Below, in pieces: positions 1-7,863 of a DNA stretch of 64,000 nt. Made by a program: the position numbers and the translations under genes. Origin of the DNA: an uncultured Acidobacteriota bacterium (GTDB taxonomy: Bacteria > Acidobacteriota > Vicinamibacteria > Vicinamibacterales > JAFNAJ01); contig CAVONI010000012.1 of assembly GCA_963697285.1 (NCBI GenBank), positions 383,548-447,547 on the forward strand. Direction: 5' to 3'. Position 1 is the stretch's first letter; every line of letters begins with the position of its first letter. The notes beneath the pieces were generated by a model. That model was not told the origin of the DNA and searched no databases. It worked only from the letters and a program-made list of their open reading frames with translations.

Positions 1-67
1 CATGGTTCAGGAAGACGTCCTGGATGTTGGGGGGCGACGCAGGGCCCTTCGTAGCAGGTGGCGGCAT
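1..67 (-). CDS. hfq: RNA chaperone Hfq, N-terminal fragment (gene runs off the window start)
   Basis: Minus-strand ATG at 65-67 shares one base with the miaA stop (TGATG). The translation MPPPATKGPASPPNIQDVFLNH carries the Hfq N-terminal QD.FLN motif. miaA-hfq adjacency is a widely conserved arrangement. Only 22 codons are visible. Confidence 0.5.
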   Translation of the reverse strand, partial: MPPPATKGPASPPNIQDVFLNH

Positions 68-1005
68 CAGCGACTCACTCCGTAGCGCCGCACGAGCGCT
101 TCGGCGGCGTCGAGGGCCGCCGGGCATTCGCCGGGGCCGTCAAGCCACACCAGACTAGGCTCTTTGCGGAACCAGATCAACTGGCGACGCGCATAGTGCA
201 GGTTCTCCCGGACGATTACGGCCCGGGTGGCGGCCTCGTCGCGCTCGCCGCACAGGAACTCGCGCACCTGCCGGTAGACGAGTCCCGACAAGGCGTGGGC
301 ATCGTCGGGCACACCCGACGCGAGCAGGTGCCGCACCTCGTCGACGATCCCGCGGGCGAACTGCTGGTCCACGCGCCGCGTCACCCGTTCGGCCGTCAGC
401 GCCGCGGGGATGCGCACGCCGATCATGACGACCTCGTAGTCGGCGATTGGCGAGTGCGTGTCGGCGAAGTGGGCCGTCAGGGGACGCCCGGTCTTGAAGT
501 AGACCTCGAGGGCGCGCACGAGCCGCTTGCGGTCGCGTGGGAGGATGCGTTGCCCCGACGCCGGGTCGACCCTGGAGACGAGGCGGTGCAGCGACTCGAC
601 GCCCCGGCGATCGGCAATGCGCTCGAGCCGCGCCCGCAGCGCGTCGTCGCGCGACGGCCCGTCGAAGAGGCCGCGCGTCAATGCCCGGACGTAGAAGCCG
701 GTGCCGCCGACGAGTATCGGCAGCCGGCCGCGTGCGCTGATCTCCCTGATCGTGCGCGACGCATCGCGGGCGAAGTCCGCGGCCGAGTACGTGGCTGTCG
801 GTTCGACGATGTCGATCAGGTGATGGGGAACGCCCTGCTGGTCGGCCGGCGCCACCTTGTCGGTCCCGATGTCGATGCCGCGGTAGACGGCCGTCGAATC
901 GCAGTTGACGATCTCGCCGTCGAAACGGTGCGCCAGGGCAATGCCCATCGCGCTCTTGCCCGCTGCCGTCGGCCCCACCACCGCCACGACCACGTTCACG
1001 ACCAC
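67..1005 (-). CDS. miaA: tRNA dimethylallyltransferase MiaA
   Basis: 312-aa ORF with the P-loop VVGPTAAGKSA, then DSTAVYRGIDIGTDK and PHHLID, typical of MiaA. GGAGGA lies directly upstream, so the in-frame GTG at 999 may be the true start. Confidence 0.9.
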   Translation of the reverse strand: MVVNVVVAVVGPTAAGKSAMGIALAHRFDGEIVNCDSTAVYRGIDIGTDKVAPADQQGVPHHLIDIVEPTATYSAADFARDASRTIREISARGRLPILVGGTGFYVRALTRGLFDGPSRDDALRARLERIADRRGVESLHRLVSRVDPASGQRILPRDRKRLVRALEVYFKTGRPLTAHFADTHSPIADYEVVMIGVRIPAALTAERVTRRVDQQFARGIVDEVRHLLASGVPDDAHALSGLVYRQVREFLCGERDEAATRAVIVRENLHYARRQLIWFRKEPSLVWLDGPGECPAALDAAEALVRRYGVSR

Positions 1006-1014
1006 TCCTCCGAT

Positions 1015-1108
1015 CCGGGCCGCGCGGGGGCGCGGCCCCTACGTTGCCCGCGTCTGCCGGCCGGCGTGGACGGCCGGGCCGCGCGGGGGCGCGGCCCCTA
1101 CGTTCCCG
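1015..1108. repeat. Two tandem copies (period 59 nt) of a REP-like GC hairpin element
   Basis: The 31-nt string ccgggccgcgcgggggcgcggcccctacgtt occurs identically at 1015 and 1074. Each copy contains the stem gggccgcg/cgcggccc. The element sits between the tonB-like stop (1131) and the miaA start, so it may also act as a terminator. Confidence 0.8.
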
Positions 1109-1130
1109 CGCCCTTCGTCGGCCACACGGG

Positions 1131-2108
1131 TCACTGCGAGGGCTGCTCGTTGTAGTAGAACGTGACCGTGAAGAACGCCGTGTCAGACGGATACTCGGGG
1201 GGCAGGGCCTGCGTGGGGTTCGACCCGAGAATCGCGTTGAATGCTGCGGAATTGAACGACTCGACCGACGAGGGTCCCACGATCGTCACGTCAGTGATGC
1301 GTCCGTCGCGATGGACGTTGAACGTCACGACGACGTGCCCGCGGAACGACATGGCCGCGTAGGGAATGAACCAGTTCCGCTTGACCTGCGCAACAAACCG
1401 ACGAATCCACGGGCCGAACTCGACGCCCTTGGTATCGAACTGGATGGCCGGCCCGAAGGCCCCACCCTGCCCGGTGGGATTGTTGAAGCGCTGGTCGTCA
1501 ACGTACTTCTGGAGGTTCTTCAGCGCCTGCCCGAGCGACCCGCCCGGAGTCGCCCCCCTGGAGGCGTCCTGCGCGTCGGGCGCCACCGGGCGGCCGCGCT
1601 CGCTCAGGAAGGCCGTGCGCTGGTCGGAGTCCTGGCCACCGGTATCGGCCGACGTCGCCTCGGACGGGTCAGGCGACGGGCCCTCGCCTCGCGCCTTCTC
1701 GGCCGGTGACTTCTCGCTGTCGACCCGCTCGGTGGTGTTGCCGCGCGAGAATGGCAGCGGATTCGTCGGGTCGGGCGCGCGTTCGAGTGCCTGGGCGACG
1801 CGATCCTGGTCAGACATCTCGGCGCGTGGCGGCGGCGCGATCGCCCGCATGTCGACCTTGGGCTGCACGAACACGAAGCGCGGCTGCTCCTGTTGCTGTC
1901 GCAGGCGCTCGAGTTCGGCCTGCCGAGCGGCGACTTCCTCGGGAGACGGCTGCAACAGCGCGGCGATGAACGGCACCCGGGGGCCGAGCAGGAAGAGCAC
2001 GGTCAGGAGCAGGTGCCCGATGATCGAGAGCATGATGCCCTCGCGCAACGAGATCGCCCGCTCGAGGTGCGGGGTGTCGGGCCGGTAGTCGTCGAAGTCG
2101 ATGAACAT
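1131..2108 (-). CDS. TonB-family energy transducer (N-terminal TM anchor, Pro/charge-rich linker, TonB C-terminal domain)
   Basis: 325-aa ORF with the TM segment LSIIGHLLLTVLFLLGP. The C-terminus (VVVTFNVHRDGRITDVTIVGPSSVESFNSAAFNAI...) matches the TonB C-terminal fold pattern. Confidence 0.75.
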   Translation of the reverse strand: MFIDFDDYRPDTPHLERAISLREGIMLSIIGHLLLTVLFLLGPRVPFIAALLQPSPEEVAARQAELERLRQQQEQPRFVFVQPKVDMRAIAPPPRAEMSDQDRVAQALERAPDPTNPLPFSRGNTTERVDSEKSPAEKARGEGPSPDPSEATSADTGGQDSDQRTAFLSERGRPVAPDAQDASRGATPGGSLGQALKNLQKYVDDQRFNNPTGQGGAFGPAIQFDTKGVEFGPWIRRFVAQVKRNWFIPYAAMSFRGHVVVTFNVHRDGRITDVTIVGPSSVESFNSAAFNAILGSNPTQALPPEYPSDTAFFTVTFYYNEQPSQ

Positions 2109-2124
2109 CTACCGCACGGCCCCG

Positions 2125-2138
2125 GTCCGCATGCGGAC
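2125..2138. promoter_or_regulatory. Perfect 14-bp palindrome GTCCGCATGCGGAC in the tonB-like 5' leader
   Basis: The sequence is self-complementary and lies 17-30 nt upstream of the ATG at 2108. It could be an operator or an RNA hairpin; its function is unknown. Confidence 0.25.
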
Positions 2139-2285
2139 GGATGCCGCGACCGCGCGCGGGCAGGCGGCGGCGTCAGCGGCACACGCAATCGGCGGCGATA
2201 CGCGAGCAACGAGGGTGTCAGCCGCGGGGGGCGGCGCGCACGACGGGCAGACAGTCATCAAAGCAGGAAACCTGACCAGACCGCG

Positions 2286-2291
2286 ATTATA
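2286..2291 (-). promoter_or_regulatory. Candidate extended -10 promoter element (TGcTATAAT) for the tonB-like gene
   Basis: The minus strand reads ...cattgcTATAATcgcgg. A perfect TATAAT hexamer preceded by TGn stands out in GC-rich DNA. No convincing -35 element. Confidence 0.3.
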
Positions 2292-2321
2292 GCAATGGGT
2301 TCGTGCACGTCCGGCGCCGAC

Positions 2322-3071
2322 TCAGGCATGCGCCACGTACAGATAGACGACGCCAAAGGTCAAAGGGACGGCCCGCACCTGCGAGAAACCGGCTGTCGCG
2401 AGCATCGTCTGGAACTCGTCGGGCACGTAGAACGACCCGACCGACTCGGGCAGGTAGGTGTACGCCTCGTTGTGTTTCGACAGCAAGCGGCCAATTCGCG
2501 GCAGGATCGCACGGAAATACCAGCCGTACAACGCCCGCAGCACCGGCGCGCGCGGCATGGCGAACTCGAGGATGGCCACCCTGCCGCCAGGCCTCAGCAC
2601 GCGGTGCAGATCGGCCAGCGCCGCGTGTGGGTCATAGACGTTGCGAATGCCGAACGCGATGGTCGCCGCGTCGGCGGCGCCGGTGGCGACGGGCAGGTGC
2701 ATCGCGTCGCCACGCAGGAGCGGCGCGACGTTGTCGAGCACCCGGTCGTGGATCTTGCCCTGTCCCACCCGCAGCATGGCGTCGGCAAAATCGACACCGA
2801 CCGCATACCGCGGCCCGTGTTCGCGATGTTTCAGGGCCGCCAGCATCACGTCGCAGGTGCCGGTGCACACGTCGAGCAGCACCTCGCGGCCGGTGAAACG
2901 CAGCTCGCGAATCGCCCTGGCCCGCCAATAGAGGTCCAGCCCGCCGCTCAGGAGGTGGTTGAGCAGGTCGTAGCGTCGGGCAATGGCGTCGAACATGCCC
3001 GCGATCTTCCTGGCCGACTTGTCGGGACCATTCGCCAGGCTTCCCGCCGCCGCAGACCGGCTGGCCGGCAT
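2322..3071 (-). CDS. ubiE: Demethylmenaquinone/ubiquinone C-methyltransferase (UbiE/MenG)
   Basis: 249 aa counted from ATG 3071, which overlaps the ubiX stop as ATGA. Motifs FDAIARRYDLLN, SAM-binding VLDVCTGTCD and LRPGGRVAILEF are present. The 422-aa ORF in the track is a spurious 5' extension across ubiX. Confidence 0.85.
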   Translation of the reverse strand: MPASRSAAAGSLANGPDKSARKIAGMFDAIARRYDLLNHLLSGGLDLYWRARAIRELRFTGREVLLDVCTGTCDVMLAALKHREHGPRYAVGVDFADAMLRVGQGKIHDRVLDNVAPLLRGDAMHLPVATGAADAATIAFGIRNVYDPHAALADLHRVLRPGGRVAILEFAMPRAPVLRALYGWYFRAILPRIGRLLSKHNEAYTYLPESVGSFYVPDEFQTMLATAGFSQVRAVPLTFGVVYLYVAHA

Positions 3072-3694
3072 CACGCGTCCTTCCAGCGCGGGTACAGCGA
3101 GTGCTCGAACCCGAAGGCCGACAGGATCTTGCCTGCCAGGAAGTCGGCCAGGTCGTCGATGCTGGTGGGCATGTGGTAGAAGGCCGGCATGGCGGGCAGG
3201 ATCATCGCGCCCGCCTCGGCACAGAGCACCATGTTGCGCAGTTGCATGAGGCTGAGGGGGGTTTCGCGCGGCACGATGACGAGTTTGCGTTGCTCCTTGA
3301 GCATCACGTCGGCGGCGCGTTCGGTCAGGCTGCGCGACAGGCCGTGCGCGACGCCCGCCAGCGTCTTCATCGAGCACGGCACGATGACCATGCCCTCGCA
3401 CCGCTGGCTGCCACTGGCGATCTTGGCACCCTGGTCCTTGTTGCTGTGCAGCGTCAGGACGCCACGTCGCACCTCGTCGCCATACCGCCCGGCCAGGTAG
3501 TCGTGCAGGCGCTCGATCGCGGCGCCCTCGCCGAGCTCGTCGCGCAACAGGCGCCGACCGAAATCCGAGACGACGACGTCGAGCTCGCATCCCTGCGCCA
3601 GGAACGCCGCGATCGTACGTGCCGCGTAGATGGCGCCGCTGGCGCCCGTGACCGCGACAGCGATATTGCGACGCCGCGTGCTATCGGCCGACAT
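3071..3694 (-). CDS. ubiX: UbiX-family flavin prenyltransferase
   Basis: 207 aa with VAVTGASGAIYA, PCSMKTLAGVAHG and LKEQRKLVIVPRETP, typical of UbiX/Pad1. Confidence 0.85.
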   Translation of the reverse strand: MSADSTRRRNIAVAVTGASGAIYAARTIAAFLAQGCELDVVVSDFGRRLLRDELGEGAAIERLHDYLAGRYGDEVRRGVLTLHSNKDQGAKIASGSQRCEGMVIVPCSMKTLAGVAHGLSRSLTERAADVMLKEQRKLVIVPRETPLSLMQLRNMVLCAEAGAMILPAMPAFYHMPTSIDDLADFLAGKILSAFGFEHSLYPRWKDA

Positions 3695-4548
3695 AGAGAG
3701 CGGCTCCCGTGGTGATGAGGAACAGGATGCCGACGTAGCCGTTCAGGTCGAATGCCTTCTTCACCTGCGACAGGTCGTCGACCGAGACGAGCGACTGCTC
3801 GTACACGAGGAGCAGCGCAACGCCGATCACGCCGGCGAAGTACATGGGCGCCAGGCCGGCGTGCACGCCCAGCATCCACAGGCAGGCAACGGTCACGACG
3901 TGGAGCGCGCGTGAGATCGCGAGCGCACCGGCCACGCCGAACCGCACCGGGATCGATCGCAGGCCCTGTGTCCGATCGAAGTCCAGGTCCTGGCAGGCAT
4001 ACAGCACGTCGAAGCCTCCCACCCACGTGGCGATGGCGACGCCCAGCCAGGCGGGCGTGCTGCTCCATCCGCCGCCGGCGGCAATCCACCCGCCGACCGG
4101 CGCCACGGCCATGGCCAGGCCGAGGAACAGCTGCGTGTAGTCGGTGAAGCGCTTGGCGAGGGAGTACCAGAACACGATCGCGAGGGCGACGGGCGAGAGC
4201 CAGCCGGTCACCGGGCCCAGCATCACCGCACAGCCGACGAACAGGGCCGACGACACGGTCACGAACAGGGTCGCCTCGGCGACCGACATCGCCCCGCGGG
4301 GCAGTTCCCGCATCGCGGTGCGGGGGTTCATCGCGTCCCAGCGCGCGTCGGCGAGCCGGTTGAAGCCCATGGCCGCTGAGCGCGCCGTAACCATGGCGCC
4401 GATGATCCATGCCACGCGCGTCCACGTCAGCGGCGACTCCCGGGCCGCCAGCAGCGCCCCCACGAGCGCAAACGGCAGGGCGAACACCGAGTGGCTGAAT
4501 CCGGACAAACGACGCCCACGTCGACAGCCGGCTCACCAGTCTCGTCAT
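3681..4548 (-). CDS. UbiA-family polyprenyltransferase (MqnP-like by context) with an apparent 1-nt frame disruption near 4500
   Basis: The main ORF (3681-4508) starts at a TTG directly on the conserved FSHSVFALPFAL motif. An ATG at 4548 overlaps the upstream stop as ATGA. It opens a GC3-rich 16-codon stretch (MTRLVSRLSTWASFVR) in another frame, and deleting one base joins the two frames. Confidence 0.75.
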
Positions 4549-5780
4549 CGCGACCACTCCAGGCGATCCGGCGTGATGCCAGACACCAGTTGCTCCTCAA
4601 GTGCCGACGCAGCGGCGGGAACCGGACACAACGCCACGCGCAGCACGTCTGCCCGCTTCCCCGCCTCGAGCGTCCCGAGCTCATCGTCGAGGCGCAACGC
4701 GCGCGCCCCGCCGATGGTCGCCGCCTCGAGCCAGCACCGCGCCGCCACATCGGGCGCCATGTCACGAAGCGCGTGCAACTCGCTGAACACGCTCAGGTCG
4801 TCATTGCTCGCAAGGCTGTCGGTTCCGACCGCGAGGCGCGCACCGCTGGCGACCATGGCCGCCACGGGTGGGACGCCGACGCCGACCCGGAGGTTGCTGC
4901 GCGGACACGTGACGACGGTCGCCCCCGCGGCAGCGATGCGCGCGAAGTCACGCGCCTCGCACTGCGTCGCGTGCACGACCAGCAGGTGGCGCGTCAGCAC
5001 ACCGAGATGGTCGAGGTACGCGACCGGCGACATGCCGGGTGGCGTCCACGACGGGTTCCAGCGCCCGACCGCGTCGAGCAGGTCGCGCCACGCGCCGGAC
5101 CCGCGGGCCAGGAACTCGCCTTCGTCCCGCGACTCGGCCACGTGCATGCTCATGACGCCGGGAGCGAGGTCGTGCACCGCGAGGGCGATCTCGCGAATCA
5201 ACGCGGGCGACGTCGAATACGCCGCATGCGCGGCAAGTGACACCCGCACGCGTTCACCCGTCGCGTCCAACGCCCGCTCGCGTGCGGCCGCCACCATCTC
5301 GCACGGTGCGTCCACGTCGAAGCCGAGCAACTCGTGGAAGACAACCGAACGCAGGTCACTCGCGGCAAGCGGCTCGAGGGTCGCCCAGCCGTTCGCGATG
5401 TCGCCGATCGCGCTGGTCCCGCACGCCCGGGCGTCGGCAATCGCCCGCAGGATGGCGGGCGTCGGGTCCGGCGGCTCCCGCCGCAGGGCCATCGATGCCC
5501 GCACCCATGCCGGCAGCGACGCCGCTGGCGGAACGCGGCCATGCAGCCACGACAACTCGAGATGCGTGTGCGCGTTGACGAGGCCAGGCATCAGTGCCGC
5601 GTCGCCCGCATCGCGCCGCGTCACGGCGGCACCCGCAGCCGACAACGCGTCCGCACGCGCCCTGATCTCGGCCCACGGGCCCACCGCCAGGATGCGATCG
5701 CGCTCGACGAGCACGCCGCCGTCGGCCACGGGCGGCGACACGATCGGAACCATCCAGGCGGCCCTGGTCGCGACTATCAC
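4545..5780 (-). CDS. Amidohydrolase-superfamily deaminase, possibly aminodeoxyfutalosine deaminase by context
   Basis: 411 aa with the metal-binding motif PGLVNAHTHLE and a chlorohydrolase/nucleoside-deaminase-like layout. It is embedded among mqn genes. Confidence 0.7.
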   Translation of the reverse strand: MIVATRAAWMVPIVSPPVADGGVLVERDRILAVGPWAEIRARADALSAAGAAVTRRDAGDAALMPGLVNAHTHLELSWLHGRVPPAASLPAWVRASMALRREPPDPTPAILRAIADARACGTSAIGDIANGWATLEPLAASDLRSVVFHELLGFDVDAPCEMVAAARERALDATGERVRVSLAAHAAYSTSPALIREIALAVHDLAPGVMSMHVAESRDEGEFLARGSGAWRDLLDAVGRWNPSWTPPGMSPVAYLDHLGVLTRHLLVVHATQCEARDFARIAAAGATVVTCPRSNLRVGVGVPPVAAMVASGARLAVGTDSLASNDDLSVFSELHALRDMAPDVAARCWLEAATIGGARALRLDDELGTLEAGKRADVLRVALCPVPAAASALEEQLVSGITPDRLEWSR

Positions 5781-5791
5781 CTCGCCTGGCC

Positions 5792-7024
5792 TCAGTGGCC
5801 CGACGACTCGGCAGCCACACTCGTCGGGCGGCGTGCCTTGGCGGAGCGGCTGCGCGCCGCGTAGTTCGACAGTTCTTCGGGCACCCGGCTGTCGCCGTCG
5901 GCGCGGGCCACGTCGAGCCCGAAACGCCGCGGAATCTCGCGCACGCGAAACATCGGCTCACCGAGGATGTCGTAGTGCATGTTGCGCCGCTTCGGCACGA
6001 ACCCCGCGTTCTCGATGTTCTCGACGATCTCGACCTCGTCCATGCAGTAGCTGGCGCCTGCCGCACGCACGACGTTTTCCTCGATCATCACGCTGCCCAT
6101 GTCATTGGCGCCGAAGGCAAGGCTCAACTGGCCCACCTTGCCGCCCTGCGTGACCCACGACGACTGCAGGTTGTGGAAGTTGTCGAGCACGATCCGCGCG
6201 GTCGACAGCGTGCGCAGGTATTCGACCCCGGTGGCTTCCACGCCCTCGAGCTCGGTGTGCTCGGGCTGGTAGCTCCAGGTGATGAAGGCCGTGAAGCCCC
6301 CGGTCTCGTCCTGCAGGTCGCGCAACCGCAACATGTGCTCGACGCGCTCGTCGGGCGTCTCGACGCTCCCGTACATCATGGTCGCCGTCGTGCGCAGGCC
6401 CGCGCGATGCGCGTGACGCATCACGTCGAGCCACTCGTCGGCCGACGCCTTCGAGTAGCAGTTCATCAGCCGGCGCGCGCGATCGACCAGGATCTCGGCA
6501 CCGCCCCCCGGAATGCTGTCGAGCCCGGCTGCGATCAGGCGTGCGATCACGTCGGGCACGGGCACGCGCGACAGCCGAGAGATGTGGAGCACCTCGGGCG
6601 GCGACAGCGCGTGCAGGCGAAAGGCGGGATAGCGCGACTTGATCGCGCGGAACAGGTCTTCGTACCACGCGAGGGGCAGGTCGGGGTTGTGCCCGCCCTG
6701 CAGGAGCAACTGCTCTCCGCCCACCGAGAGGGTCTCGTCAATCTTCTCGAAGATCTCGTCGAAGCCGAGGACGTAGCCCTCGCTCGATCCGACCTGGCGG
6801 TAGAACGCGCAGAACGCGCACCGTGCGACGCAGACGTTCGTGTAGTTGACGTTGCGGTCGATGATGTACGTCACCACCGGTTCGGGATGGCGACGACGCC
6901 TGATGCCGTCGGCAAGCTCGCCCAGCAACGCCGTTGGAGCCTCGCGGTACAGCAGGCGGGCCTCGTCGCCGTCGACGCGCTCCCCTGCTCGTACCTTGTC
7001 GGCCAGTGATCGCAGCGTGGTCAT
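5792..7024 (-). CDS. mqnC: Radical SAM menaquinone (futalosine pathway) enzyme, MqnC/MqnE family
   Basis: From ATG 7024 (MTTLRSLADK...). The motif TYIIDRNVNYTNVCVARCAFCAFYR contains CxxxCxxC, and the C-terminus has the FGANDMGS motif. MqnC versus MqnE cannot be settled by eye. Confidence 0.8.
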   Translation of the reverse strand: MTTLRSLADKVRAGERVDGDEARLLYREAPTALLGELADGIRRRRHPEPVVTYIIDRNVNYTNVCVARCAFCAFYRQVGSSEGYVLGFDEIFEKIDETLSVGGEQLLLQGGHNPDLPLAWYEDLFRAIKSRYPAFRLHALSPPEVLHISRLSRVPVPDVIARLIAAGLDSIPGGGAEILVDRARRLMNCYSKASADEWLDVMRHAHRAGLRTTATMMYGSVETPDERVEHMLRLRDLQDETGGFTAFITWSYQPEHTELEGVEATGVEYLRTLSTARIVLDNFHNLQSSWVTQGGKVGQLSLAFGANDMGSVMIEENVVRAAGASYCMDEVEIVENIENAGFVPKRRNMHYDILGEPMFRVREIPRRFGLDVARADGDSRVPEELSNYAARSRSAKARRPTSVAAESSGH

Positions 7025-7863
7025 TCGTCCTGGTCCCGTCCTAGATCGCGTGCACGCCGGCGGCGTCGGGGAGTTCGACGAAGCGCGGCTCGGCTGCCCG
7101 TGCGACGACGCCCGCGGCTTCTGCCGCACGGTAGAAGCGTGCTCAGGGCCTCGGTGTGGCGCGTCCCGAGATCGTAATGGATATTGTGACGCAGGTAGGA
7201 ACGGTTGCGCTCCGCGCGCACGGAATCGCCTTCAGCCGCCGCGTCGGCGATCGCGTCACGCGCCGCCAGACCGCGCGCCTTGGCCTCGGCGAGCGCCTGC
7301 ACCACGGGCGGCGCAAGCGCCGCGCGGCGTCCGGCCCAGACCGCCCACACGAACGGCAGGCCGGTGTGCGCCGTCCACGCGGCGCCGAGGTCGATCTTCT
7401 CGGCGCCAGCCCGCGCAGCGTCGGCGTCGAGTGCCGGGTCGCCGATCAGCAGGGCCGCGTCACACACCTCGAGCATCTGCGCGAGGTCGGGCCCATGGGG
7501 CACGAACGTCGGCGTGATGCCGAAGCGCTCGCGGCACAGCACGCGCGTGAGCGCCGCCGATGTCCGCGAACTGGTGTCGAGCGCCACGGTCGCGACGCGC
7601 TCGATGGGCACGCGCGTGAACAGGGCCACCGAGGCGACCTCGCCCTCCGACGCGATGGCCATGCCCGGAGCGATGACGTAGTCGCCCTGCAGGTATTCGA
7701 TCGCGGGAATGAGGCCGATGTCGACCTGGGCGCCGTGCAGGAGCCGCGCACACTCCGACGGCACGTCGAACCGCACGTCGAACCGCTCGACATCGTCGGC
7801 GAGGCCCTCGACCAGGGGCCTTGCGTTCAGGTAGCCGACCGCACCGATCCGGAGGCGACTCAT
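7021..7863 (-). CDS. mqnA: Chorismate dehydratase MqnA, with an apparent 1-nt frame disruption near its 3' end
   Basis: Begins MSRLRIGAVGYLNARPLVEGL. The ATG at 7863 overlaps the upstream stop as ATGA. After ...HTEAL the listed frame becomes an Arg-rich, low-GC3 tail. A second frame reads ARFYRAAEAAGVVARAAEPRFVELPDAAGVHAI and stops at 7041-7043. Confidence 0.8.
   Translation of the reverse strand: MSRLRIGAVGYLNARPLVEGLADDVERFDVRFDVPSECARLLHGAQVDIGLIPAIEYLQGDYVIAPGMAIASEGEVASVALFTRVPIERVATVALDTSSRTSAALTRVLCRERFGITPTFVPHGPDLAQMLEVCDAALLIGDPALDADAARAGAEKIDLGAAWTAHTGLPFVWAVWAGRRAALAPPVVQALAEAKARGLAARDAIADAAAEGDSVRAERNRSYLRHNIHYDLGTRHTEALSTLLPCGRSRGRRRTGSRAALRRTPRRRRRARDLGRDQDE

Noticed and set aside
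58-1155. 365-aa plus-strand ORF antisense to miaA. Similar long ORFs lie opposite known genes: 11779-14511 (+, 910 aa), 14970-16946 (+, 658 aa), 41033-42562 (+, 509 aa) and 60141-62909 (+, 922 aa).
   Set aside because: These are typical stop-codon-poor shadow frames of GC-rich DNA. Their translations are Arg/Ala/Gly/Pro/His-rich with no motifs. Each lies opposite a gene with unmistakable conserved motifs (MiaA, BamA, ClpC, DnaK, ValS).
3072-3590. The 5' extension of the ubiE ORF to 422 aa. There are analogous long N-terminal extensions of nusB, lolD, mtnP, meaB, the acyl-CoA dehydrogenase, the mqnC-like gene, clpC, dnaK and the DUF2085 gene.
   Set aside because: The extensions overlap the upstream gene in another frame and are Arg-rich and low-complexity. 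In each case an internal start coincides with the conserved N-terminus of the family, and often with an ATGA/GTGA junction or a Shine-Dalgarno sequence.
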